Made by a program: the position numbers and the translations under genes
Notes under the pieces: generated by a model
Databases searched by the model: none
Told to the model about the DNA's origin: nothing
What the model saw: only the letters and a program-made list of their open reading frames with translations
Part shown: positions 9,300-16,934 of the stretch, one piece after another
Position numbering within the stretch: position 1 is the stretch's first letter
How the letters are laid out: each line of letters opens with the position of its first letter
Sequence record: DRR723986_15184
Strand: one strand, 5' to 3'
DNA length: 32,231 bases

Positions 9300-9827
9300 A
9301 TGAAAAATATCAACTTACTAATTTTGGCACTTTTTGGAATGTTCGTATTCCAATCATGTGAAGGACCTGAGGGGCCTCAGGGAATTCCAGGACCTGAGGG
9401 AGAACCTGGGATTAATATTTTATCAGAGGTATTTGAGCTAGAAATTGATTTCAACCAAGCAAACAATTTCCAAGTGATCAGAGATTTTGATCCGCCAATT
9501 TTTGATGGGGATATGGTTTTGGCATTTATCCAATGGGATGCTGATGGTTCTAATCCGATTTGGAGAGCGCTTCCACAAACCGTATTCTTTGAAGAAGGTG
9601 TACTGATGTACAACTATGACTTTTCAAATAATGACTTCAGTTTATTCCTAGATGGCCCGCTTGATTACAGTTTATTGGGACCAGAGTGGACTGACAATCA
9701 ATTGTTCAGAATTGTAATAGTGCCTGGAGAACTTCTCTCTGCCAATGCTAGAATTGATCTAACTGATTATAACGCTGTCACAAAACTAATGGGCTTAAGT
9801 GACTCAGACTTCAAACGCATCGAGTAA
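9300..9827 (+). CDS. Lipoprotein with short collagen-like Gly-X-Y run
   Basis: Lipobox FQSC followed by EGPEGPQGIPGPEGEPG; WRALPQT motif. Confidence 0.8.
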   Translation: MKNINLLILALFGMFVFQSCEGPEGPQGIPGPEGEPGINILSEVFELEIDFNQANNFQVIRDFDPPIFDGDMVLAFIQWDADGSNPIWRALPQTVFFEEGVLMYNYDFSNNDFSLFLDGPLDYSLLGPEWTDNQLFRIVIVPGELLSANARIDLTDYNAVTKLMGLSDSDFKRIE

Positions 9828-9869
9828 TATTCCACCAAACACATCACCTAAACCAACTGGATTACCACG

Positions 9870-9906
9870 AACTGGAACAATGATTTTTTATTGTTCCAGT
9901 TTTTTT
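9870..9906 (+). terminator. Intrinsic terminator
   Basis: AACTGGAACAAT-N8-ATTGTTCCAGTT followed by a T-run. Confidence 0.85.
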
Positions 9907-9943
9907 ATGTGTCAATTTTAAAAGCCATATATAATTTGGCGCT

Positions 9944-9951
9944 TATCTTTG
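9944..9951 (+). promoter_or_regulatory. -7 promoter element for hemE (likely leaderless)
   Basis: TATCTTTG-CCCC-ATG, just downstream of a terminator. Confidence 0.7.
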
Positions 9952-9955
9952 CCCC

Positions 9956-10978
9956 ATGCATTTACAGAATGACCTCCTACTTCGTGCCGCTAAAGGCGAA
10001 TCTATTGAAAGAACTCCAGTTTGGCTGATGCGTCAGGCAGGCAGAATTTTGCCAGAATATCGAAAAGTAAGGGAAAGTGTCAGTGGATTCATTGAGCTTG
10101 CCCAAACTCCTGAGCTTGCCGCAGAAGTGACTATTCAGCCTGTAGATTTGTTAGGGGTAGATGCTGCTATAATATTTTCAGACATTCTGGTAATTCCTGA
10201 GGCTATGGGACTGCCTTATGAAATGGTAGAAAAAAGAGGGCCACTATTTCCAAACACCGTTCGTTCAGAAGCTGATCTGAAAAAATTGCACGTATCAGAT
10301 GGCTCAGAACTTCAATATGTGACAGACGCTATTCGAATCACTAAAAATGAATTGAACGGACGAGTTCCTTTGATCGGTTTTGCAGGAGCACCCTGGACTA
10401 TTTTCTCCTATATGGTAGAAGGTCATGGCAGCAAAACATTCTCTGCAGCACGGGAAATGCTTTATACCCAACCGGCTTTTTCTCATCAATTACTTCAGAT
10501 GATCACTGACAGCACGATCAATTACCTAAAAGCCCAAATCGAAGCTGGAGCTCAATTAGTTCAGATTTTTGATAGCTGGGCAGGGATATTGGGACCAAAA
10601 CAGTATGCAGAATTCTCTTTGCCATATATCGCTCAGATCTGTGACGCGATCACTTCTGTACCCAAGACAGTTTTTGCCAAAGGTGCATTCTTTGCCAGAG
10701 AAGAAATGGGCAGGTTGAACTGCGAAACAATTGGTTTGGACTGGAATATGGGAATTGCGGAATCAAGAAAGTTGATCGGATCTGAGAAAACTTTGCAAGG
10801 AAATTTAGACCCTGCTGCACTTTATGGCACTGAAGAACAAGTTCGTGAAGCCACAATAGAAATGATGGAGCAATTCCGTGGGACTAGACATATTGCTAAT
10901 CTAGGACATGGAGTCTATCCAGATATCAATCCAGAAATGGTGAAAGTATTTATTCAGACTGTTAAAGACTTCAAGTAA
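9956..10978 (+). CDS. hemE: Uroporphyrinogen decarboxylase
   Basis: [37 protein letters not shown] and NLGHG motifs. Confidence 0.98.
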   Translation: MHLQNDLLLRAAKGESIERTPVWLMRQAGRILPEYRKVRESVSGFIELAQTPELAAEVTIQPVDLLGVDAAIIFSDILVIPEAMGLPYEMVEKRGPLFPNTVRSEADLKKLHVSDGSELQYVTDAIRITKNELNGRVPLIGFAGAPWTIFSYMVEGHGSKTFSAAREMLYTQPAFSHQLLQMITDSTINYLKAQIEAGAQLVQIFDSWAGILGPKQYAEFSLPYIAQICDAITSVPKTVFAKGAFFAREEMGRLNCETIGLDWNMGIAESRKLIGSEKTLQGNLDPAALYGTEEQVREATIEMMEQFRGTRHIANLGHGVYPDINPEMVKVFIQTVKDFK

Positions 10979-10982
10979 CTGA

Positions 10983-11030
10983 TTTTTTTACCGCAGAGAA
11001 ATCACAGAGTTTTACGCGGAGACCACAGAA
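10983..11030 (+). repeat. CRCRGAG short-repeat cluster
   Basis: T-run then CGCAGAG, CACAGAG, CGCGGAG, CACAGAA. Confidence 0.6.
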
Positions 11031-11064
11031 AATCCTGCTTTCTCCAGAAGCAGGATTTTCTTTT
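11027..11064. terminator. Terminator between hemE and the MOSC gene
   Basis: AGAAAATCCTGCTT-N7-AAGCAGGATTTTCT with T-rich tail. Confidence 0.8.
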
Positions 11065-11109
11065 CTTACCCTATCTATTCCAACTACATTAGGGATGGGG
11101 TTCTAGGAG

Positions 11110-11916
11110 TTACTTCAACTTAAGTTTGTCCCCGACTTTGATAACCCCATTGGATAGAGCAACCATATTTTGACCAAAAAGAATTTTGTTGCCTTCCTTT
11201 CTAAATTCAGCCAAAGTCTTCAGTGGTTCCGCAGCTTTATCGCCAGTAGTTTGATCCACAGTAACCATCACACATCGGGCACAAGGCTTTACCACCTGAA
11301 AATCCACTTCGCCAATTTGTATTTTCCCCCAAGTATCTTCCGAAAAAGCATCTCCACCTGAGAAGACAATATTCGGTCGAAAACGATTCATAGGAACTGC
11401 GTCATCTAATTTTGAATTGAGATCATCAAGTGATTTCTGCCCGATTAACAGGTACGGCATTCCATCTGCGAAACTGACTGACTCTTTATTTACTGCATAC
11501 CGGGGATCAACTTTTCGTTTGGTGGAATCTGGCATTTTCACAAGCCGAATCTTTACCTTCAAAATTTCACTAAACCATTCATCTATTTCCTTAGAGACTA
11601 ATTGCGCTGGCATTTCGTCATCCCAAACTTTCACAGACGACACCATCTCACCTTGCGCTTCGAAAGGAACATGAATAAAATTTGCTGGAGAGGAAATATG
11701 GTATACTAACAGTGCAGTCTCTGTAATTTCTACCTGTAGCATCGCCATCATCGGACAGGTACGTTGGGAGATAAACTTACCAGACTCTTCTACCAGCATC
11801 CAGCGACGGTCTAATTCAAATCCTCTTTCTTCAACTGTAGCTTCTTTAAGACGAATTCCAGCAAGGGATTTGATTGGATACACATACAAGTCTTGAATTA
11901 TGAGAGAATCTGACAT
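11110..11916 (-). CDS. MOSC domain protein (YcbX/mARC-like, with N-terminal beta-barrel)
   Basis: YPIKS, DRRWML, FADGMPYLL, RFRPNIV, EDTW and PCARC motifs. Confidence 0.93.
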   Translation of the reverse strand: MSDSLIIQDLYVYPIKSLAGIRLKEATVEERGFELDRRWMLVEESGKFISQRTCPMMAMLQVEITETALLVYHISSPANFIHVPFEAQGEMVSSVKVWDDEMPAQLVSKEIDEWFSEILKVKIRLVKMPDSTKRKVDPRYAVNKESVSFADGMPYLLIGQKSLDDLNSKLDDAVPMNRFRPNIVFSGGDAFSEDTWGKIQIGEVDFQVVKPCARCVMVTVDQTTGDKAAEPLKTLAEFRKEGNKILFGQNMVALSNGVIKVGDKLKLK

Positions 11917-11954
11917 GACCTAAAAATAGGTCTATGAACCAGAAAATGACCAGG

Positions 11955-12119
11955 TCAACCAAAAAAATTTCTGACAGCAGGAATAAAACCCTTCATATAA
12001 TCCCATATAGTTGGTACTATTTCCAGCTCTCTATTTGCCGTAAGCACCACTACCCCTAGCAAAATCACTAGACACCATCGACATCGTTCGTTCATGTTAC
12101 CTCTAAAAAATGGTTTCAT
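11955..12119 (-). CDS. Possible small membrane protein (~54 aa)
   Basis: Fills the gap co-directional with MOSC; one hydrophobic segment; A at -3 of ATG 12119. No recognised family; start uncertain. Confidence 0.4.
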   Translation of the reverse strand: MKPFFRGNMNERCRWCLVILLGVVVLTANRELEIVPTIWDYMKGFIPAVRNFFG

Positions 12120-12229
12120 AATACTTAATAGATGCAAGAGTCAGGTGATTGGTTGCAAAGGCTACGCTAATTTTCAGAAAAAAACATATTCATGAGACTT
12201 CACAAGCGAATTGGGAAAGTATAACCCCC

Positions 12230-12330
12230 ATCCAGCTTCTGGAGAAATATGTTAACATCAAAATCTACTCTAATAACCTTCAATCTCTGTGGATCTCCGC
12301 AAAACATCCACGGACTCTGTGTTTAAAAAA
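12230..12330 (-). repeat. Inverted degenerate copy of the 10983-11056 composite repeat
   Basis: Minus strand reads T-run, CACAGAG, CGTGGAT, TGCGGAG, CACAGAG, spacer, then TTTCTCCAGAAGCTGGAT. Confidence 0.6.
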
Positions 12331-12331
12331 C

Positions 12332-12458
12332 TGTCAGAATGGAGTTTCCATTTAGGCGGGAAAATGACAATTCTGTGTGCATTTCAAAAAGTCGGTGTCA
12401 ACTTTTCTGCCAATGTGACACAAAATGTAATGAAAACTCAGATGGCACATCCATTGAA
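12332..12458 (+). promoter_or_regulatory. dnaK control region: TGNCA cluster plus sigma54-like box
   Basis: TGNCA at 12332, 12365, 12396, 12408 and 12416; TGGCAC-ATCCA-TTGAA at 12443-12458. Confidence 0.55.
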
Positions 12459-12505
12459 GAAAGGGAGAAGTATTCAATTCGAAAATAACTTAAAAACATA
12501 TAATC

Positions 12506-14431
12506 ATGGGAAAAATCATAGGCATTGACTTAGGAACAACCAACTCCTGCGTAGCAGTGATGGAAGGTAACGAACCTGTAGTCATTCAAAACAGTGAGGG
12601 AAGAAGAACCACACCTTCAATTGTGGCTTTTCTTGACAACGGAAATGGTGAGCGTAAAGTAGGTGATCCGGCAAAGCGTCAGGCAATCACTAACCCTGCC
12701 AACACAATTTCTTCTGTCAAAAGATTTATGGGCAAGAAATTCTCTGAAGTTTCTGAAGAGAAAAAGCACGCTTCATATAAAGTAGAAAAAGGAACCAATG
12801 ACACAATTGCAGTGAAAATTGGTGACAGATCATATACTCCTCAGGAGCTTTCTGCAATGATCCTTCAGAAAATGAAGACTACAGCTGAAGATTTCTTAGG
12901 ACAAACAGTAACAGAAGCAGTAATTACCGTACCTGCCTACTTCAATGATTCCGAGCGTCAGGCTACTAAAGAAGCTGGACAGATCGCAGGCCTAGAAGTG
13001 AAGCGTATCATCAACGAGCCTACTGCTGCGGCATTGGCATACGGGATGGACAAGAAGCACCAAGACATGAAGATCGCTGTGTATGACCTTGGTGGTGGTA
13101 CATTTGATATCTCTGTATTGGAACTTGGTGACGGTGTATTCGAAGTGAAATCTACCAACGGTGATGTTCACTTGGGTGGTGATGACTTTGATCAGGTGAT
13201 CATGAACTGGCTAGCTGAAGAATTCAAATCTGAAGAGCAAATCGATCTTAGACAAGATCCAATGGCGCTACAGCGTTTGAAAGAAGCTGCTGAGAAAGCT
13301 AAAATTGAGCTTTCAAGCTCTGCTTCTACAGAAATCAACTTGCCATATATCACTGCAACTCAGACAGGTCCTAAGCACTTGGTGAGAACTTTGAGCAGAT
13401 CTAAGTTTGAGCAACTTTCTGAAGACCTTGTAAAAAGATCAATGGAACCATGTAAGAAGGCTTTGGCTGACGCTGGCATGAGTCCATCAGATATTGACGA
13501 AGTAATCTTGGTAGGTGGTTCTACTAGAATCCCTAAAATCCAGGAAGAAGTTGAGAAATTCTTCGGCAAGAAGCCTTCAAAAGGCGTAAACCCTGATGAG
13601 GTAGTAGCGATCGGCGCTGCAATCCAAGGTGGAGTATTGACTGGTGAAGTGAAAGACGTTCTTCTTTTGGATGTAACTCCTCTTTCCCTAGGTATTGAAA
13701 CAATGGGTGGAGTATTGACCAAATTGATCGAAGCTAATACTACTATTCCTACTAAGAAGTCCGAGACATTCTCTACTGCTGCTGATAACCAGCCAGCTGT
13801 TGACATTCACGTACTTCAAGGAGAAAGACCAATGGCTAAGGACAACAGAAGTATCGGTAGATTCCAGCTTTCTGACATTCCACCAGCACAGAGAGGTGTA
13901 CCTCAAATCGAGGTGACTTTCGATATCGATGCGAACGGTATCCTGAATGTATCTGCAAAAGATAAAGGAACTGGCAAAGAGCAGAAGATCAAAATCGAAG
14001 CTTCTTCAGGACTTTCTCAGGAAGAAATCGACAGAATGAAGTCTGAAGCTGAAGCTAATGCTGCTACAGATAAGGCTGAAAAAGAGAAAATCGACAAGTT
14101 GAATCAGGCGGATAGCTTGGTGTTCCAAACTGAAAAGCAGTTGAAAGAATACGGAGATAAACTTTCCGAAGGAAACAAAACTGCAATTACTCAAGCTCTT
14201 GAAACCCTTAAAACTGCACATCAATCTCAAAACCTAGACGGAATTGATTCTGCGATGGAAGGATTGAATAAGGCATGGGAAGCAGCTTCCACAGAAATGT
14301 ACAATGCTGCCGGAGCTGAAGGCGCTGGTGCAGCTGGAGCTGATCCAAATGCCGGAGCAGCCGGAACTGAGGCTGGTGACGGAGTATCTGACGTCGATTA
14401 CGAAGAAGTAAGCGAAGAAGAGAAAAAATAA
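12506..14431 (+). CDS. dnaK: Molecular chaperone DnaK
   Basis: [25 protein letters not shown] and [15 protein letters not shown] motifs. Confidence 0.99.
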   Translation: MGKIIGIDLGTTNSCVAVMEGNEPVVIQNSEGRRTTPSIVAFLDNGNGERKVGDPAKRQAITNPANTISSVKRFMGKKFSEVSEEKKHASYKVEKGTNDTIAVKIGDRSYTPQELSAMILQKMKTTAEDFLGQTVTEAVITVPAYFNDSERQATKEAGQIAGLEVKRIINEPTAAALAYGMDKKHQDMKIAVYDLGGGTFDISVLELGDGVFEVKSTNGDVHLGGDDFDQVIMNWLAEEFKSEEQIDLRQDPMALQRLKEAAEKAKIELSSSASTEINLPYITATQTGPKHLVRTLSRSKFEQLSEDLVKRSMEPCKKALADAGMSPSDIDEVILVGGSTRIPKIQEEVEKFFGKKPSKGVNPDEVVAIGAAIQGGVLTGEVKDVLLLDVTPLSLGIETMGGVLTKLIEANTTIPTKKSETFSTAADNQPAVDIHVLQGERPMAKDNRSIGRFQLSDIPPAQRGVPQIEVTFDIDANGILNVSAKDKGTGKEQKIKIEASSGLSQEEIDRMKSEAEANAATDKAEKEKIDKLNQADSLVFQTEKQLKEYGDKLSEGNKTAITQALETLKTAHQSQNLDGIDSAMEGLNKAWEAASTEMYNAAGAEGAGAAGADPNAGAAGTEAGDGVSDVDYEEVSEEEKK

Positions 14432-14460
14432 TAGCTTCAAAAGCTAAACCAACTTAAAAT

Positions 14461-14489
14461 GGCATCTGTGTTAAAGCAGGTGCCTTTTT
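14461..14489 (+). terminator. dnaK terminator
   Basis: GGCATCTG-N8-CAGGTGCC-TTTTT (one U-G pair). Confidence 0.75.
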
Positions 14490-14548
14490 AGTTACCAGCC
14501 AAAATTATCGATTTGTTATTCACCACCTAATTCTAGAATAGATCAATC

Positions 14549-14923
14549 ATGCAATTGACATCTGACAATAAATTGAAGAAACTGATTGTAGTTGGAGACA
14601 GAGTTTTGATTCGCTTGAAAAAGCCAAATGCAAAAACTGGCTCAGGCCTCTACTTGCCTCCTGGGGTGCAGGAAAAAGAAAAAGTTCAGCAAGGTTACAT
14701 CATTAAGGCTGGCCCAGGATATCCAATTCCTGTCGCTACTGATGACCACGAACCATGGATGGACAGTGAAGAAAAAGTTAAATACGTTCCCCTTCAAGCC
14801 AAAGAAGGTGACTTGGCAATCTTCCTACTTTCGGGAGCACATGAGGTTATCTACGAAGGTGAAAAGTACTTTATAGTATCTCAAGCGGCTATATTAATGC
14901 TCGAGAGAGAGCAGGAGCTATAA
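14549..14923 (+). CDS. GroES/Cpn10-family co-chaperonin paralogue
   Basis: GDRVLI, KTGSGLYLP (mobile loop), AGPG, KEGD and EGEKYFIV; contains an insertion; no adjacent groEL. Confidence 0.88.
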   Translation: MQLTSDNKLKKLIVVGDRVLIRLKKPNAKTGSGLYLPPGVQEKEKVQQGYIIKAGPGYPIPVATDDHEPWMDSEEKVKYVPLQAKEGDLAIFLLSGAHEVIYEGEKYFIVSQAAILMLEREQEL

Positions 14924-14928
14924 ACAAC

Positions 14929-14957
14929 AATAGCCCGGAAAAAAATCCGGGCTATTT
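14929..14957. terminator. Terminator between convergent genes
   Basis: AATAGCCCGGA-A6-TCCGGGCTATT. Confidence 0.85.
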
Positions 14958-14985
14958 CAATGAATATTAATTAAGTCAAAGAGAA

Positions 14986-15270
14986 TTAATCTTCCCAAAC
15001 TTTTCTATTTTTTGCTTTCGGCCCTTTCAAAGACTCTTTTCTTCTAATAAGTACAGTCTTTGTAGTTCCATTTTCTTGGTTCCATACCTTTTGATTCTTT
15101 GCCACCGGGCCTTTTGTATCGTCAGGTACCGTGTAGAATTTCATAGGTTTTGCATTTGCGTAGCGTTCAGTCGCTTTTGCATTCTTAGCTTTTGGACCTT
15201 TCAAGGTAGATTGTGAAAATCCCACTGCCGATACCATCATAACCGCGAGTAATAATACCGATCTTTTCAT
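14986..15270 (-). CDS. Small secreted basic protein with three KGPxAKN repeats
   Basis: Signal peptide ending GFS/Q; LKGPKAKNAK, TKGPVAKNQKVW and LKGPKAKNRKVW. Confidence 0.85.
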   Translation of the reverse strand: MKRSVLLLAVMMVSAVGFSQSTLKGPKAKNAKATERYANAKPMKFYTVPDDTKGPVAKNQKVWNQENGTTKTVLIRRKESLKGPKAKNRKVWED

Positions 15271-15596
15271 ATGATTTTAATTTGATTTTTAATTGCCAAA
15301 TGGAATTTCGCGGGACTCGCAATCACCCTATGTGTGACATTTAAGCCCTGCTCAATTTCATTACGAGTATAGTTTAAGTTGCTCTTAGGGTACTATACTA
15401 CAGACACATAAAAAGGTTACATAAAATCAGTATTTACTAGAGGTTTTTTTAGAAATGATAAAATTATATTTTTAAAATAGCCGTAAAACTTATTTTTTAT
15501 GGTTTAAAAACAAACCTGAAATTGAGGTGTTCAACTCTTTTTTCGCCAAACACGACTTCAAAACGAACCACTTTTAGACCAAATAGCCTAATAAAT

Positions 15597-15628
15597 AAAA
15601 AAACCGGGATGAAATACATCCCGGCTTT
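15597..15628 (-). terminator. Terminator of the amt-porin operon
   Basis: CCGGGATG-N5-CATCCCGG with a U7 tract on the minus strand. Confidence 0.88.
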
Positions 15629-15656
15629 AAGATTAACAATAGACCCTGTTTATATT

Positions 15657-16841
15657 TTAGAATGCAAAAACTGCTGCCAACATAAAAGAGGACAGGTTTT
15701 TTGAATCATTCAAATCATTATCCTTGAAGAAATTATCACTCATTGCGTCCATTCTCAACTCAGGAATCAACGTAAGATTTTTATGAACTCTTAGGTTTCC
15801 AGAAAGAGTAGCAGCAAAGACACTACCATCGCCGTCCGCATTTACTCCTACCACGTCTTCCAATCCTCCATTAAACACACTGAAATACTCTCCTCGAAGA
15901 CCGATAGAAAATTTCTCAGAAGCAGTAGCCTGAACGTATCCTGCAAAACCAAAGAATCCAGCACCATCGCCACTCGCATCACTAATTGAAGAACCAGTAA
16001 AGGTCTCACCAGCTGAAGTGGTATTGTAGGTAGTATTTAGACCAAGATAAATAGCATCAGAAACATTGAACCCTGTAGTCAAATCTACCTGGAATGTAGT
16101 ACCATTGGAATATTGATCTGTAATCAGTGTGCCATCATTCTCCAGCTTACCATCTTGATCACCATAGACAAAGTTCAAATAAGTACTTCCGGCATCAGTA
16201 GAATAGCCCAATTGAGCGCCTAGCGTATAAGTACCCGCCAAGTTGAATTCCGTCATATCAGTTGGATTCATCACTGCTGCCATCAATGACCATTTGTCAG
16301 AAAGTGCAAAATCTGCCTTCAAGCCCGTATGGGAAAAAGGTCCATACGAAAACATATAAGAAGTAGAATAATTGAAATTTGCTGTAGGGGAAATCACCTC
16401 ATAACCCAGGAAGGTATTGAAGTTACCCATAGTTAAGGTCACTGCATCAGACACGTTCCAATAAACATATAATTGATTGATAATCTGAGAGCTACCAGCT
16501 AAACCTCCACCATACAGTGGAGAACCGAATACTGCATCCTCACCTCTTGGGCCAAATACCAAATCAGCTACGGCACCTACTCTATCTCCTTCATAGGTTG
16601 CAATAATATTTGCCATACCAAGTGAAAAACCGGGTAGATTACCAAAGGAGGTAGCCGGAGCTTGAAAATTATCCCCCTTATTTGGACCGTTGAAATTCGT
16701 TCGGAAATATGCATCAACAGACCCCGAGAATGATAATTTAGAAGGCTCACTTTCTTCTTCGATAATGATTACTTCTTGCGCAAAACTTATAGAAGACACT
16801 AACAGTAATAGCGCAACTATAGATAGTTGAATTTTTTTCAT
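15657..16841 (-). CDS. Outer-membrane porin (putative beta-barrel porin-2/OmpL-like)
   Basis: Signal peptide; FSGSVDAYF, TFLGYEVI, NFNYSTSYMFSYGPFSHTG motifs; ends in AVFAF; follows amt. Confidence 0.85.
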   Translation of the reverse strand: MKKIQLSIVALLLLVSSISFAQEVIIIEEESEPSKLSFSGSVDAYFRTNFNGPNKGDNFQAPATSFGNLPGFSLGMANIIATYEGDRVGAVADLVFGPRGEDAVFGSPLYGGGLAGSSQIINQLYVYWNVSDAVTLTMGNFNTFLGYEVISPTANFNYSTSYMFSYGPFSHTGLKADFALSDKWSLMAAVMNPTDMTEFNLAGTYTLGAQLGYSTDAGSTYLNFVYGDQDGKLENDGTLITDQYSNGTTFQVDLTTGFNVSDAIYLGLNTTYNTTSAGETFTGSSISDASGDGAGFFGFAGYVQATASEKFSIGLRGEYFSVFNGGLEDVVGVNADGDGSVFAATLSGNLRVHKNLTLIPELRMDAMSDNFFKDNDLNDSKNLSSFMLAAVFAF

Positions 16842-16887
16842 GTTATAATAGGTATTGGTTTGTGATAGGATTGATCAATAATAACTG

Positions 16888-16913
16888 CCCAGGAAAGAAT
16901 ACTCTTTCCTGGG
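16888..16913. other. Intercistronic stem-loop
   Basis: CCCAGGAAAGA-ATAC-TCTTTCCTGGG, with no clear U-tract on the minus strand. Confidence 0.7.
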
Positions 16914-16934
16914 GAAAGCAATTTTGTATGTAGA

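Noticed and set aside
9363..9408. GGACCTGAGGG direct repeat
   Set aside because: Explained by Gly-Pro-Glu-Gly coding in the collagen-like stub.
10983..11030. CRISPR or mini-array interpretation of the CACAGAG repeats
   Set aside because: Units are 7 bp with 2-5 nt gaps; no spacer-sized intervals and no cas genes.
12149..12528. Short plus-strand ORFs upstream of dnaK
   Set aside because: They overlap repeat and promoter elements and have no protein-like features.
12958..14440. Antisense ORFs inside dnaK (e.g. 13360-13806, 148 aa)
   Set aside because: Well-known shadow frames caused by codon bias in hsp70 genes.
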